From positions 53,506,001 to 53,570,000 of the forward strand of contig NC_043006.1 in NCBI RefSeq assembly GCF_006345805.1: a DNA stretch of 64,000 nucleotides, in the 5' to 3' direction. Below the pieces are notes generated by a model. That model was not told where the DNA came from. It made no database searches and saw only the letters and a program-made list of their open reading frames with translations. The position numbers and the translations under genes are program-made. This document shows positions 1-13,084 of this stretch, piece by piece. Origin of the DNA: Octopus sinensis (Eukaryota). Every line of letters begins with the position of its first letter. The stretch's first letter is position 1.

Positions 1-444
1 TAAGCTATCTTTTCGTGGAAGAAGATTTATGTTCCTATAACCTGTGTTAATTCTGTAACCCTTTAAAATGGAAGATAAGAAAGTTCATTTTCGACACTTG
101 ATACTTTGGGAACCAGACAAAAATTGCTGCAGCTCGGCTGGGATATGTTACCCCACCCTCCGTATTCACCAGATATTGCTCCTTTGGATTTCCACTTATT
201 CAGGTCTCTGTCTTAATGGTAAAAATTTCGATTTCTTGGATGACGTAAAAAGATACCTTGATGAATTCTTTGCCATGAAACCACCTCAATTCTGGGAAGA
301 GGGTATTTTCAAGTTAAAGGTAAGATGGAAACGCATTGTGCAAGAAAATGGTTCATATTTGGTTGATTAAAAATGTAATGGCAAGTATTATTGACCTTTT
401 TCTTTCCTTTAAAAATCGGCACGAACTTTCCGGACAACCCAATA
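1..444 (+). mobile_element. Internally deleted mariner (Tc1/mariner) element, 5' end outside the window
   Basis: The right TIR AAATCGGCACGAACTTTCCGGACAACCCAA is followed by TA at about 412-444. Remnant transposase peptides MEDKKVHFRHLILW and PQFWEEGIFKLKVRWKRIVQENGSY are present. It is a reverse-complement copy of 16190-16642 with a 7-bp deletion (CAGAATA) near 210. Confidence 0.9.
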
Positions 445-624
445 TTTAGAGTTAGTACTGGTGTATATTATATACTAGCAATTGATATTTTGGAGTAGTA
501 TTGGTATGTAACAGTGTCTGGAGAAAGCGCGAGAGTATAGTATATATGTAGCAAAAGTGTTTTATATAAATACTGGCACTATGTCCAGATAGCGTTGAAT
601 ATTGTTCCTTCTCGAGCCACGCCT

Positions 625-851
625 CGCTCATAAGGGCCAGTTTCCCGGTTTCCTTGGCGTATAGGTTCCCCACCTGGACGGGACGCCGGTCCGTCGCAGG
701 TGAGCTGCAAGATGCAAGAGTGAGAGAAAGAAGTTCGCCATTACCTTCTGCTGGAGCCGCGTGGAGCTTAGGTGTTTCGCTCATAAACACACACATCGCC
801 TGCTCTGAGATTCGAACCCGCTGCTCTAACCACAAGGCCATGTGCCTCCAC
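625..851 (-). mobile_element. tRNA-headed SINE
   Basis: The minus strand starts GTGGAGGCACATGGCCTTGTGG (A-box-like) and contains GGTTCGAATC (B-box-like). The 3' part (ctggacgggacgcc..tcc.tcgcag on +) is shared with the SINE at 39770-40007. Confidence 0.7.
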
Positions 852-3288
852 AGCGTTGAAGATAGTGTTGGTATATAATATAGTAGTGGCCTTTTATACC
901 TTGGATGATGGTATAGTCTAATATCCATTCATATTTAGACTGTGGACACTGCTTTACGTCCTAAACGTTATTCGTCTCAGTTTTCGTCGACGAAGACTGT
1001 ACTACCTGCATTAGGATTACTTGACTAGAAGCATTTTACCTTTTAGTAATCTGTGTGTATGTGTCTGTATAAATATATGTGTACGTCTGTCTATGTGGCT
1101 ACATGTGTCTGTTTGTGTATATCCGTGTTTTTTGGGGGGTTTTTATCTGTGTATGACTGTATACGTGTGTGTATGTTGTGTTACAGGTAGTAGAGGGTTG
1201 ACTGAGACTAAACGACAGTACAGCAGCCGACCTAAATAACGTTCAAAAAGAAAATTGCTTGTCCATTCATTATCTGAGTGCCATGGATATCGGCGGTGAT
1301 AGCTGCAATCTTGTCAGTGAGTCATTGTTGCTTTGATAACGATTTACTGAACTCCCTGTTATAATAGGGTATTTATTTCTCGAGAATTACTACTTGGGCG
1401 TAAAAAGTGAAGAGTTCACAGTGAGGTTTTCGATGATATTCTCGTAAAATTTCAGGAAACATGTTTGTCATAGAATTACACCCACCCTATAAAATGGCTA
1501 GAATTGCTTCTTCTAATCCACTGCCAACCTATTTCCATTAAAGAAGTGTCACGCCTTCACTGATAAAGCTTCCTTGTATCTCAATGTCGTTGTTTATTAT
1601 GTCTGTCGTCGTGGCTATTACCGTCGTCGTCGTTATCGTAGTCGACATCGTCTGCTTTACTGAATTCTAAAAGAACAAGTCACGTAGGGTTTGTTAGACA
1701 AGCCTATACAGTTTCATACATCGTGCGGGCATGGCTGTGTGGTAAGATGTTAGTATCTTAATAACTCGTTTCCGAGCACGATCCCATCACACTGTGCCTC
1801 GAGCACGATTCTATTACCTTAAACTGGAGTCGACCAAAATCTTGGGAATGAAATTGAACATACAGAACTGTATATAGAAGCCCATTAGATGGACTGTACG
1901 TAATTCTTGGTTAGTAAACCTAATCTGCCGTTCGGTTTAACACCTCTACCGAGCACTTGGATGTATTTAGTGGAATAGTACGTTCCGCTGTGAGAATTCT
2001 AACCACGTATTTGGTCAATCGACTCGGTAATCCGTTTTGAGAAAATGAGGAGCCGTGCTTCTCTTTCCCCAGACCCCACACAAATTTCTGATGCCCTGAA
2101 GATGATACAAGCACTGCCGTTCCTTCTCTGGCTAAACCATTAAAAAAATAAATACACACAGAGCCTTTGGAGTGAATTGCAAACCAGTAAATTACAAACC
2201 ATAGATTCACAGATTTAAGAGGTTAATTAATTTTCATTCGCTGAAAATAGATTAATGATTTTGTTGTTTAGCTCCAGCTGGACCTTGACTGAGGCAATCT
2301 ATAATCAAAAGTGTTCCAGTTAGGACCATTGTTAGTCGTGCCCTTCATTATTTTTTAAGGCGGTAGGTTATGATTTGAGAAAATTTCGCTGCTGCTTTCC
2401 AAAAGTCGATCTTCCTAGTTGACTCATATTAACGCCTCTATATCTTGAAACTGGATCAGCATCGAAACAAGGTTGCTGAAGGTAATGAGAGACCAACGGT
2501 CACTGGAACCTGATATACTACTGGAAGGTGGGAAGGCAGTAAATGGCCATGAACTGTTTTCTGTCTTTAGTTTTTGGTATTAAGTGAGTGTGAAGGGAAG
2601 GGTTGGGAGGATAAGGGATTACACTACTTTCCCCAATCACCACTTTTCAAAGTTTGTTTTGTTTCTTTTTCATTTGTTATTTTATTTATTTTTTTTTTTT
2701 ATTTTTCTTTGTTTGACTTTAGATTAGTTTTTCCTTTCTGCCTGACTCCACTCTGCTGCCATTGGGAGATGTGGGCTGGAAGGTTTGTATTTGGTCTATT
2801 TTTGTTCGTTGTGGAAAGAGGTGCAGTGCTAGGGCAGGGCTGGAAGGAGTGGAACTGTTTAGACAGTAGGAAGTATATCTTCTATATATAAAACTGAAAT
2901 GCGTTTTTACCGCTTGGATCGCTTTCAATGCCACTACGTCCTGTCCGATTCGCTCCAAAATTTACAGGGACATGTAGAATGAGGTGACGATGCTCGTGGG
3001 TTACCTTAGAAATCCCTGTCTTAAAAGGTGTGGTTACTAGGGGCCATCTTCCTCACTCACGCTATTTCCTCCTTTCCCTCTATTACTCCCCTTCATATAT
3101 AACTTTGAGAGTTCCACTACCGTTATTTAAAGTATCTGTCACTCTCGCTATTTCCTTTCTTTTTCACTGACTCTGTTTCCTACCTTCCTATCACTTCGGC
3201 GGCGTTCTTTTAAGTATCTGTCTGTCACCAACAAACAACACACGAGCATGAGAACAAATATTATGAATCAGATATTCTTGCGTTCATT

Positions 3289-3290
<2 letters not shown>

Positions 3291-3362
<72 letters not shown>
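3291..3362. repeat. (GT)n microsatellite
   Basis: Uninterrupted GT run seen directly. Confidence 0.95.
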
Positions 3363-3364
<2 letters not shown>

Positions 3365-3714
3365 CTATATATAAATATGTATATATAATGTATATATACA
3401 AAGTGTATATATCTGTATTTATGTATATTAAACTTTTTCATACTTTTTCATAGTTATATATATTTTTAAACAAATTATAAATATAATTTAATAATTTTTA
3501 TTTTCAATTTAAATAATTTAAATTTTTCAATTTTATATTTTATATATTTTCTATATTATATTTTTAATGTTTTTGTTTTTGGTTTTTCACTGTTTGATTT
3601 GCCTATTAGTGGTTTTATCTCTAATTTAATTTATACAGATATATATCTCATTTGTATATATAATGCGTGCACACACACACATACAGATATATATAGATAT
3701 ATATATATATATAT

Positions 3715-4273
3715 CCAAAGTTTGAAGGGATAGAATCTGAGGATAGTAGAGTCACCATGGATGGCATTTGTTAACGACGGACAGCAACGTAGTGACAGTT
3801 TAACGGCTGGCGTAAAATTTTCAACTTGATGTAAAAGAAAATTCGTAAACACACCAGTTTTGAAGTGATTCTTTCTCACGACAGTAGACTCACCATGGCA
3901 AGCATTCAAAAGTTCTTTATCATGGACGGCAAACACATTGACGATTAAAGGCTGGCGCAAATTTTTTAGCTTGATGTAACAGAGAATTCCTAAACACCCG
4001 CTCCTTGAAATTTTAATCCCCTTCCAGCCCCATTTAGACCCCTTTTCACATTTTGGTTAATATACCCGATTTCATTCGGGTCTACTGGGGCTACATTTTA
4101 TAATATGAGGAATTTTGTCCTAGAGGTGACGCCTTTCATTTGAGGAAAAAAATAGTTTTCATGCAAACTTGCCAGCACTTTTAACATAGGTGTGCATATT
4201 TTCAGCTCAATCGACCGACTACGTAATACACACATTATATATATATATATTATATATATATATATTATATATA

Positions 4274-4328
<55 letters not shown>

Positions 4329-4868
4329 ATATTATATATATATATATATATATAATGTGTGCATTACGTAGTCGGTCGATTGAGCTGAAAATATGCACAC
4401 CTATGTTAAAAGTGCTGGCAAGTTTGCATGAAAACTATTTTTTTCCTCAAATGAAAGGCGTCACCTCTAGGACAAAATTCCTCATATTATAAAATGTAGC
4501 CCCAGTAGACCCGAAAATCGGGTTATATTAACCAAAATGTGAAAAGGGGTCTAAATGGGGCTGGAAGGGGATTAAATTTCAAGAGCGGGTTTAGGAATTC
4601 TCTGTTACATCAAGCTAAAAAATTTGCGCCAGCCTTTTAATCGTCAATGTGTTGCCGTCCATGATAAAGAACTTTTGAATGCTTGCCATGGTGAGTCTAC
4701 TGTCGTGAGAAAGAATCACTTCAAAACTTGGTGTTTACGAATTTTCTTTTACATCAAGTTGAAAATTTTACGCCAGCCGTTAAACTGTCACTACGTTGCT
4801 GTCCGTCGTTAACAAATGCCATCCATGGTGACTCTACTATCCTCAGATTCTATCCCTTCAAACTTTGG
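3715..4868. repeat. About 1.15-kb palindrome: arms 3715-4237 and 4353-4868 around a (TA)n centre
   Basis: The arms are reverse complements (ccaaagtttgaagggatag...cacatta / taatgtg...ctatcccttcaaactttgg) with roughly ten small differences, mostly indels. Confidence 0.95.
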
Positions 4869-5167
4869 TTTCCAATATTTTATTATTTTTCTTCAGCTCG
4901 CAAGTTCGTCTGTCCCTTTTAAATGTTAGCATTTTGCTGTCTGCCTTGAAGCAGACCTTTCCATTGCCACTGCCTGATATTTATGATTGATCTTTCTAAA
5001 TATTTTATTTCTCAACTTAATCAAGATCTTCTGTTGTTTATAAATGGGAGAGAGATAGATAAAGATAGAGAGTAAGAGAAAGCGAGGGAGAGTCCGAGAG
5101 AAAAGAAAAGTAAGAGAGTGGGAAAGTGAGAGAGAAAGGAGAGAGAAACAAATACGGAGAATTATCA

Positions 5168-5345
5168 TCAGCATCATCGTTTAACATCCGTTTTCCGTGC
5201 AAGCACGGGTTCGACAGTGTGACCGGGGTCTGGGAAGCCAGGAGGCTGCACCAAGCTCCAGTCTGATCTGGCAGTGTTTATACAGGTGGATGACCTTCCT
5301 AACGCCAACCACTCTGTGAGTGTAGTGGGTGCTTTTTTCGTGCCG
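5168..5345 (-). mobile_element. 3' portion of a retroposon (SINE/LINE) with a (GAT)n tail
   Basis: The minus strand has GTTGGCGTTAGGAAGGTCATCCACCTGTATAAAC and ends GTTAAACGATGATGCTGATGAT. A related copy lies on + at about 57215-57388. Confidence 0.6.
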
Positions 5346-5437
5346 TGAGAATGTGTGTTTCCCTAAAACTTGAGAACTACACAACCGATTTCATTCAAAT
5401 TTTACACATGCCTTACTTAGGGTATAAGGAGTGTGTT

Positions 5438-6047
5438 GAGCTCGCTCTGGGCACCATTGGGCTCACTGTCCACGGCTACGAGACCACAGTGAGCGCTATG
5501 GCGACCAGAGCTCGCTCTGGGCGCCATTGGGCTCACTGTCCACGGCTACGAGACCACAGTGAGCGCTATGGCTTTGGTCTTACCACTATGAACAAGAAGG
5601 CTCGGCTCGGCTCGTAGCCGTGGACAGTGAGCCCAATGGCGCCCAGAGCGAGCTCTGTCGCCATAGCGCTCACTGTGGTCTCGTAGCTAACAGTGGCGAC
5701 ACCCGTGGGCACCATTGGGCTCACTGTCCACGGCTACGAGACCACAGTGAGCGCTATGGCGACCAGAGCTCGCTCTGGGCGCCATTGGGCTCACTGCCCA
5801 CGGCTACGAGACCACAGTGAGCGCTATGGCGACCGGAGCTCGCCTGGGCGCCATTGGGCTCACTGTCCACGGCTACGAGACCACAGTGAGCGCTATGGCT
5901 TTGGTCTTACCACTATGAACAAGAAGGCTCGGCTCGGCTCGGCTCGGCTCGTAGCCGTGGACAGTGAGCCCAATGGCGCCCAGAGCAAGCTCTGGTCGCC
6001 ATAGCGCTCACTGTGGTCTCGTAGCTAACAGTGGCGACACCCGTGGG
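5438..6047. repeat. Higher-order array of a GC-rich 70-bp imperfect palindromic unit, in direct and inverted copies
   Basis: The unit GAGCTCGCTCTGGGC(A/G)CCATTGGGCTCACTGTCCACGGCTACGAGACCACAGTGAGCGCTATGGCGACCA starts at 5438 and 5508, with three more copies at about 5707-5908. Inverted copies lie at about 5611-5687 and 5948-6025. Confidence 0.9.
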
Positions 6048-8074
6048 ATGTATGCCGGTTTGAAGAAGGCCCTCGGTCCATCCGCAACCACCACAGCCCC
6101 TCTGAAATCAACTACTGGAGATCTCATCAGGGACCAAAGCAAGCAAATGGATAGATGGATGGAGTACTACCAGGATCTCTACTCACGAGAGACCACGGTA
6201 GCTGAGGCTGCAATCGAGGGTGTCAAGATCTTGCCAGTCATGTGTGAACTTGACAGTCTGCCATCTATAGCAGAGCTCACCAAATCTATTGACTCCCTAG
6301 CAAGTAACAAGGCTCCGGGAAAAGACGGCATCCCCTTAGAGATCATCAAAACCGGCAAAAACATCATCCTGCTTCGGCACATTCATGAGCTTCTGTGTCA
6401 GTGCTGGTTAGAGGGTACAGTCCCTCAGAATATGCGGGATGCTAACATCATTACGCTTTACAAAAATAAAAGTGACCGTGATGATTGTAACAATTACCGT
6501 GGAATATCTCTTCTAAGCACAGTTGGAAAGGCCTCTGCTCGCATTATCCTGTCCAGGCTGCAACTAATTGCTTCTCGAATTTATCCAGAATCGCGGTGTG
6601 GCTTTAGAAGAATCAGATCAACTATTGACATGATATTCTCCATACGCCAACTTCAGAAGTCCAGAGAGCAGAACATGCCATTATATATGGCCTTCATTGA
6701 TCTGACAAAGGGCTTTGACTTGGTAAGTAGAAAAGGCCTCTTCATCCTGCTCCAAAAAATCGGATGTCCACCAAAACTGCTGAGGATCATCAAATCATTC
6801 CATGCTAATATGCAAGGCACCATACAGCACAATGGTTCAACATCAGCCGCCTTCCAAATAAAAAATGGGGTAGAGCAAGGTTGTGTCCTTGCTCCTACAT
6901 TATTTGGCATCTTCTTCTCGCTGCTGCTGTCACATGCCTTTGAGACATCAGATGATGGAGTGTTTCTGCACAGTAGAAGTGATGGGAAACTGTTCAATCT
7001 CTCGCGTCTGCGTGCCAAGACCAAAGTCTCAGAAGCGTCCTGATCAAGGAGATGCTATTTGCTGATGATGCCACTCTGGTATCACACACAGAAGAAGCCC
7101 TACGAAGGCTCAGCAACTGTTTTGAGCAAGCATTTGGCAACTTTGGCTTAGTTATCAGCCTCAAGAAGACCAACATCATGGGTCAGGCTACATCGGACAT
7201 CCCAAACATACATATTGGAGACCACAGAGTATAGGAGGTGGATAAGTTTACCTATCTTGGCTCTACCGTTACCTACAACCTATCCCTTGATGCTGAGCTC
7301 AATATACGCATTGGCAAGGCAGCTGCTGTGATGGCCCAACTCACCAAATGCGCATGGGACAACAATAAGCTGACCAAGACCACAAAAATGAAGATTTACC
7401 AGGCATGTGTACTTAGCACTCTACTGTATGACTTTGACGCCATACACACGCCATACGACGCCATACGTCGCCTAAATATCTTTCACCTGTGCTGTCTCCG
7501 GAAAATCCATCGCATCAAATGGCAGAATCATGTCCCTAACAAAGATGTCCTCAAGCAAGCAGGAATACCAAGCATGTTTGCACTCTTCACACAAAGACGT
7601 ATGAGATGGCTTGGACATGTTAGCCGTATGGAAGATGGCAGAATCCCCAAGGACATACTCAACGGAGAGCTTGCTAGGGGCACTAGGTCTGTGGGAAGAC
7701 TGTTCTTACGATACAAGGATGTTTGCAAAAAGGACATGAATGCCTGCAACATCAATATTACCAACTGGGAAGCAGTTGCCAGCAACCGTGGAGATTGGCG
7801 ACGTACCGTAAAATAGGGAACACAAAGGAGTGACATAGTGAGAAAGGAGAAATGGAAAGACAAGAAAAGACGTCAACAAGAAACTATGACATTACAACCA
7901 GTCAGGCAAAGTCTTCGCTACATTTACGGCACCTTCCAGAGGGAGTGTTTGTCCCGGATAGGACTACACAGCCACAGCAAGAGATGTATTAGGACATGAA
8001 ATGTAAAAGCCGGACTAGATTATTTTATGCGCAACTCCATTGTCTCCCGAGACAAAAAGGATGCCAACAACAAT
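6021..8074 (+). mobile_element. 5'-truncated, decayed RTE-clade LINE (RT domain and 3' end)
   Basis: RT motifs are YRGISLLSTVGK, GFRRIRSTIDMIF, AFIDLTKGFD, GVEQGCVLAPTLF, LFADD, FGLVISLKKT, FTYLGS and RMRWLGHVSRM. The C-terminus is CLSRIGLHSH and the tail is (CAA)n. There is a frameshift near 7035 and in-frame stops at 7232 and 7814. Confidence 0.95.
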
Positions 8075-8366
8075 ATATATGGATTTCGTAGACAGGAACT
8101 GTAACAAATAAATCGTATATATATGTATGTATATATGTAAGTGTATGTGTGTGTCTTTGTCTCTGTGTTTCGCCCTCATCACTGCTTCACAACTGCTGTT
8201 CACTTATTTACATCCACATAACTTACTGGTTCACAAGAACAAACTAATAGAGTAAGTACTAGGCTTATCAACATAAAAAAGCACTAGGCTGTGTGTCTCA
8301 TATTTTTGTTTGCTCACTCAGTTGTATCTATCAATTTATCTTTGTATGTGTGCATGTGTGTGTGTA

Positions 8367-8423
<57 letters not shown>

Positions 8424-9738
8424 AACACCCTAATGGGAGCCTTAAATCCAAAATTTTAGTAATTTCTTTTATGATCCAAAACTTGGTCAAAAGTACTGAA
8501 TGTATCTTTATGAAATTTGGAAATTATATTCTATGCATAAGGGCCATAACGCCCATGACAATTCATATATTTTTGCTGTTGATGAAATTTTAACCATAGA
8601 CATTAGACACAAATGAAGTAATATCTATAAAATTTCATCTTACAAAGTTAGAAAGACCCCTCCATGGGACTTAACATCTACAATTTTGTCATTTTATCTA
8701 AGCAAAAATGAATACAGTTGTGCTCTTGGAAGCTGTAGGGTTATCCGAGCATAAAAGATGAGCATTATTTGTAATTCAATGGTACAACAGTGTAACCGTT
8801 TGCTTTGACATACACTTACATTGTGATTTCTGCAATGTGCTGCATAAATTGTCAAGTAAATGAGAGGCATCTTTGCCTCCACTGATTCAGTTGCAAAGTG
8901 AAGAGTAAAATTTATTTGATTGCAGACCTCCTTTCAGTCTTTTTATTATCACTCGGTCACACATAGTCCCCAGATGGTAACATTGATTTCAAGGCCTTCC
9001 CAGATGAGTGACTGGTTATTCGAAGACATTTATAGATTTTAAATTTATTCTATCCAGTTACGTATCAGTATAGTGGTCATTTACAAACTACAGAGGTGAC
9101 ACTTTCATTTCTCCTTAGCTCTCACGTCAAACAGTTGTTAATGTTGATTTCAGTTGGGTCACGCCCTTCCAATTGCTATAGATTCGTAATGCATCTTACG
9201 GCTGTGCCTGTCATCTGGATGGTGAGGAATCCTACATTAGGAGTGGTAACGACTAGGGTAGGGTAACTGACTGCTTATTGTGATCATTCGTCTTTTGGTT
9301 TCCTGTAGCTTTGCTCTCTTTTACAAACCCAGTGAACATATATTTCCTATTTCAAAGAAATTCAAACAATAGATATAAGACCCAAGTTAAAAAGATTTTC
9401 AACAATTCAACTTCTCTGGTTAACATTAAGATGCCCACCCCCAACAGGGGCCTAAACTCTCACATTTTAGAGCTCCATGACCTTCATTTTTCAGGAACAA
9501 AATCTTTTTAACAAGTTAAATAAGACTGGAATTTTGGAATATGCGCATAAAAATCAGGATTATGGGATACATGTGGCACGATTACAGTTTTTTAGGGTGT
9601 GTAAAGATTGAAATAACCCTCATCTGCAATTTTGATGAAATTCGAAACATAGATATTCCAGTTCATCACAGAAGATATAACAGAAAAGTCTAATTCTCCA
9701 ATTGAATGTAATCGGGCAACGCCGGGTATCTCTGCTAG
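8367..9738 (+). mobile_element. Probable non-autonomous Helitron
   Basis: The 5' end reads A|TCTATATATA. The 3' end has the GC-rich hairpin CGGGCAACGCCGGG (9713-9726) followed by CTAG|T at 9735-9739. The 5' boundary is uncertain. Confidence 0.55.
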
Positions 9739-9924
9739 TATATATATATATATATATACATACATATGTGTGTGTGTGTGTGTGTGTGTTTGTGAGTGTG
9801 TGTGCGCGCGTGTGTCACTGTGAATACGTGTGAATGTGTATGTGTATATATATATACGTACGTATGTTTCAGTCTGCGTGCAAATGTATGTAAGTATGTA
9901 TGTGAATATATTTATGTATCTCTT

Positions 9925-10140
9925 AAGGCGGCGAACTGGTAGAGTCATTAGCACGTCAGGCAAACTGCCTAGCGGCATTTTATCCATCTTTACCTTCTGA
10001 GTTCCAATTCTGCTAAGGTCGACTTTGCCTTTTATTCTTTCGGAGTCAATAAAATAAGTACCAGTTCAGCACTGGGGTCGATTTAATCGACTTAACCCCT
10101 CCCTCAAAATTGCTGGCCTTGTGTTAAAATTTGAAACCAA
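9925..10140 (+). mobile_element. SINE family B copy (Meta-domain-like)
   Basis: Contains AAGGCGGCGAACTGG...GGTCGACTTTGCCTTTTATTCTTTCGGAGTCAATAAAATAAGTACCAG...CTGGGGTCGAT. More than 15 related copies occur in the window. Confidence 0.75.
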
Positions 10141-11849
10141 TATTTATATACCTCTCTGTGATTGCACGTATGTACATGTATCTATATATGAGTGTATATG
10201 TACATCTATTTGAATGTATACGTGTATGTATACCGACTTCTAACGCCTATTTCCATCACTGGTCTGTGCTTGCGCCTGTGTGGTGTGTGTGTGTGTGTGT
10301 GTGCAAGCAGGCAATGGGCATAAATGCCAGTTCGGTTGCTTCACTGACTCTACAGTCGCTGTAGGCAGCCAAATTGATATACTCCCATCCTTCCCAATCG
10401 CAAATTCTTCCTTCAGATTCGATAAAATTTGTATCAGTTCCTATTTTGAAGATATCGCTGTTATCGTTCGTTCTTCGCTTTTGAATTTGGTTTGCAAGAT
10501 CCTTCATGTGAATTCGTGTGTTGAAACAAATCGCTTGATTGTTTAAATGTACAACCCAGATGTAGATAATCTAGGACCTAGGTTTCGAACTCTTCAAAAT
10601 ACGTTTGTTAACTTTAATTTGATTAGTTTTCCTCAGCTAGATTCACGAAGACAAAGTTTCAAATGTTGCTACATCAGTGCCAGTATACTCGCCCGATCGC
10701 CAAGCTTTTAACAGAACTGAGAACAGTGAAAAAGTTTTCAAAGAAAAAATTATTAAGTAGTGCAATACAATGGTATATTTTTTCTTTGTGTGTATATATA
10801 TATATCAATGCTGTGTGGTTAAGAAGTCCACTTTACAAACGCGCTTGCTGGCAGAATCGTTAACACGCCGTGTGAAATGCTTAGCGGTATTTCGTCTGCC
10901 ACAACGTTCTGAGTTCAAATTCCACGGAGGTCGATATTGTCTTACATCCATTTGGGGTCGATAAAATCAGTACCAGTGGAGTACTGAGGTTGATATGATC
11001 GACTATCCCCCTCCCCACAAAATCCAGGCCTAGTGCTTATAGTAGAAAGGATTATTATGCTAACGTGAGGTGAGCTGATGAAATCTTCTCACCAAATGGT
11101 TTATAGAGTGTTCTGTAACTTTTTGCTGCATTATATAAAAAGACAAGCAACTCTAAACTCTCTAAGAGAGCTATCACATTCTTCCGAAGTTGTATAATTT
11201 TCACTATATGTTAGCTTCTCAATTATTCTACATTAGAATATTAATAAAAGCTGAAAACTCCACACAGAGTTATTCTTATTTTCTTAACTAAATTTATCCT
11301 CGCTAATTATGAATCCTTTTCGTGTTATATATCAGTATGTTGCAATGACCAAATGTTCACTTATTTGTTAATTCTCAAATATTATTTATTCAACTGCTTT
11401 TAAAATGTATCATATTCCTAGTTAAATAAACAGAATGAAAAATTATACCCAATTTGGTGCGATTCCGTGGATTGAACACGCAGCACATAAATGTTAGTTA
11501 TGGTCGATTATTATCACAACTATACTTCATATTACGTTGACTAAACAATCTGGAAAAAAGAAACGGTAGCCTAAACGCTTGGGGCGATTTGTAAAACTAA
11601 ACTCTTCAAGACAGAACATCAGCATGAGCGGACTCCAAAGGCTGAAACACGTAAAACAATGAAATAGTGTAAACGATTAAATGAACAAAATATAAAACTT
11701 TACACTGGAATTTTTTATTGAGTACTACATGTAAAAGTAATCCAGTGCGATTGAACCGTTTTCAACGAAATGAATACGTGTGTGCGCGTGCGTACATATA
11801 TGCGGGGTAGAGAAAGTAGGTATATATGCACACACGCGCACGCACACAC

Positions 11850-12250
11850 AGACATACATACATGCATACATACATACATACATACATGCATACATACATA
11901 CATACATTACATACATACATACATACATACTGCATACATACATACATACTACATACATACATACATACATACATACATACATACATACATACACACATAC
12001 ATACATACATACATACATACATACATACATACATACAGCATACATACATGCATACATACATACATGCATCATACATACATACATACATACATCATACATA
12101 CATACATACATACATACATACATACATGCATACATACATACACACATACATGCATACATGCATACATACATACATACATACATGCATACATAATACATAC
12201 ATACATACATACTGCATACATACATGCATACATACATGCATACATACATA
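11850..12250. repeat. Long degenerate (TACA)n tetranucleotide array
   Basis: About 400 bp of TACA with TGCA variants. It is the source of the spurious YIHT/MYVC ORFs. Confidence 0.95.
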
Positions 12251-12333
12251 ATGAATGAGTAAAGAAGGATTAAGTAAGCTTATGGCAACGAGCGGGAATG
12301 TGTGTGAATATATATATATGTGTATATATATAT

Positions 12334-12387
<54 letters not shown>

Positions 12388-12875
12388 GGAGCGGGAGAAA
12401 ACAGCATGTGAGCATATTACATGTAGGTAATGTGATGCGTGGTGCGTGGAATTGGCTTTATACGAAAATGTATCAATATATGAAGAATGTGCGTTGATTG
12501 ATACAGATATAATTTAACACATATGTGTTAATTAACGAGTGTGTGTATGTGTGAGTTGTCTGTATTTTATTTAAACTTGTGAGGATTTAGTCAATAAGCA
12601 TGTTCATATCAAATGTATGTCGTATGGAATGCAAAAAATGTACGTATTCCTATGTATGTATGTATATATGTACGTATGTATGTACGTATGTATGTATGTA
12701 TGTATGTATGTATGTATGTATGCATATGCATGCGTGCGTGTAGGTGTAAGTATAATATGGTTTTATATTTCAAATTTCTCACCGAAGGAGAACGAATCGG
12801 TTTCTAACCAAGAAATAAGTCTTTCATTGGAAATTAAACATCAAATGTGTGTATATGTATGTATGTATGTATGTA

Positions 12876-12956
<81 letters not shown>

Positions 12957-13084
12957 TGGTTTCTGATCATTTTAACTTCTGATTGCGCTGAAAAGTGGTT
13001 CAATGTTGTACAATGCTTTATCCATTCAAAACAAATTCACATACAGGAACACTGACGCCATTGCCTGCAGAAATCTCCTGTCTT

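Noticed and set aside
5485-5512. CACAGTG heptamer + 12 nt + ACCAGAGCT in the 70-bp unit, resembling a RAG 12-RSS or Transib end
   Set aside because: The nonamer matches only 5 of 9 positions, the heptamer is simply part of the hairpin stem, and there is no Transib transposase or 5-bp TSD.
5573-5600. Spacer translates as FGLTTMNKK, similar to the RT motif FGLxISxKK
   Set aside because: It is only 28 nt and has poor nucleotide identity to the adjacent RTE (7142-7170), so it may be chance.
5438-6047. CRISPR-like appearance of the palindromic repeats
   Set aside because: The units are contiguous without unique spacers, the context is eukaryotic and there are no cas genes.
11715-12982. Many long ORFs (YIHT, MYVC repeats)
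   Set aside because: These are translations of stop-free (TACA)n and (TG)n microsatellites. The same applies to similar ORFs throughout the track.
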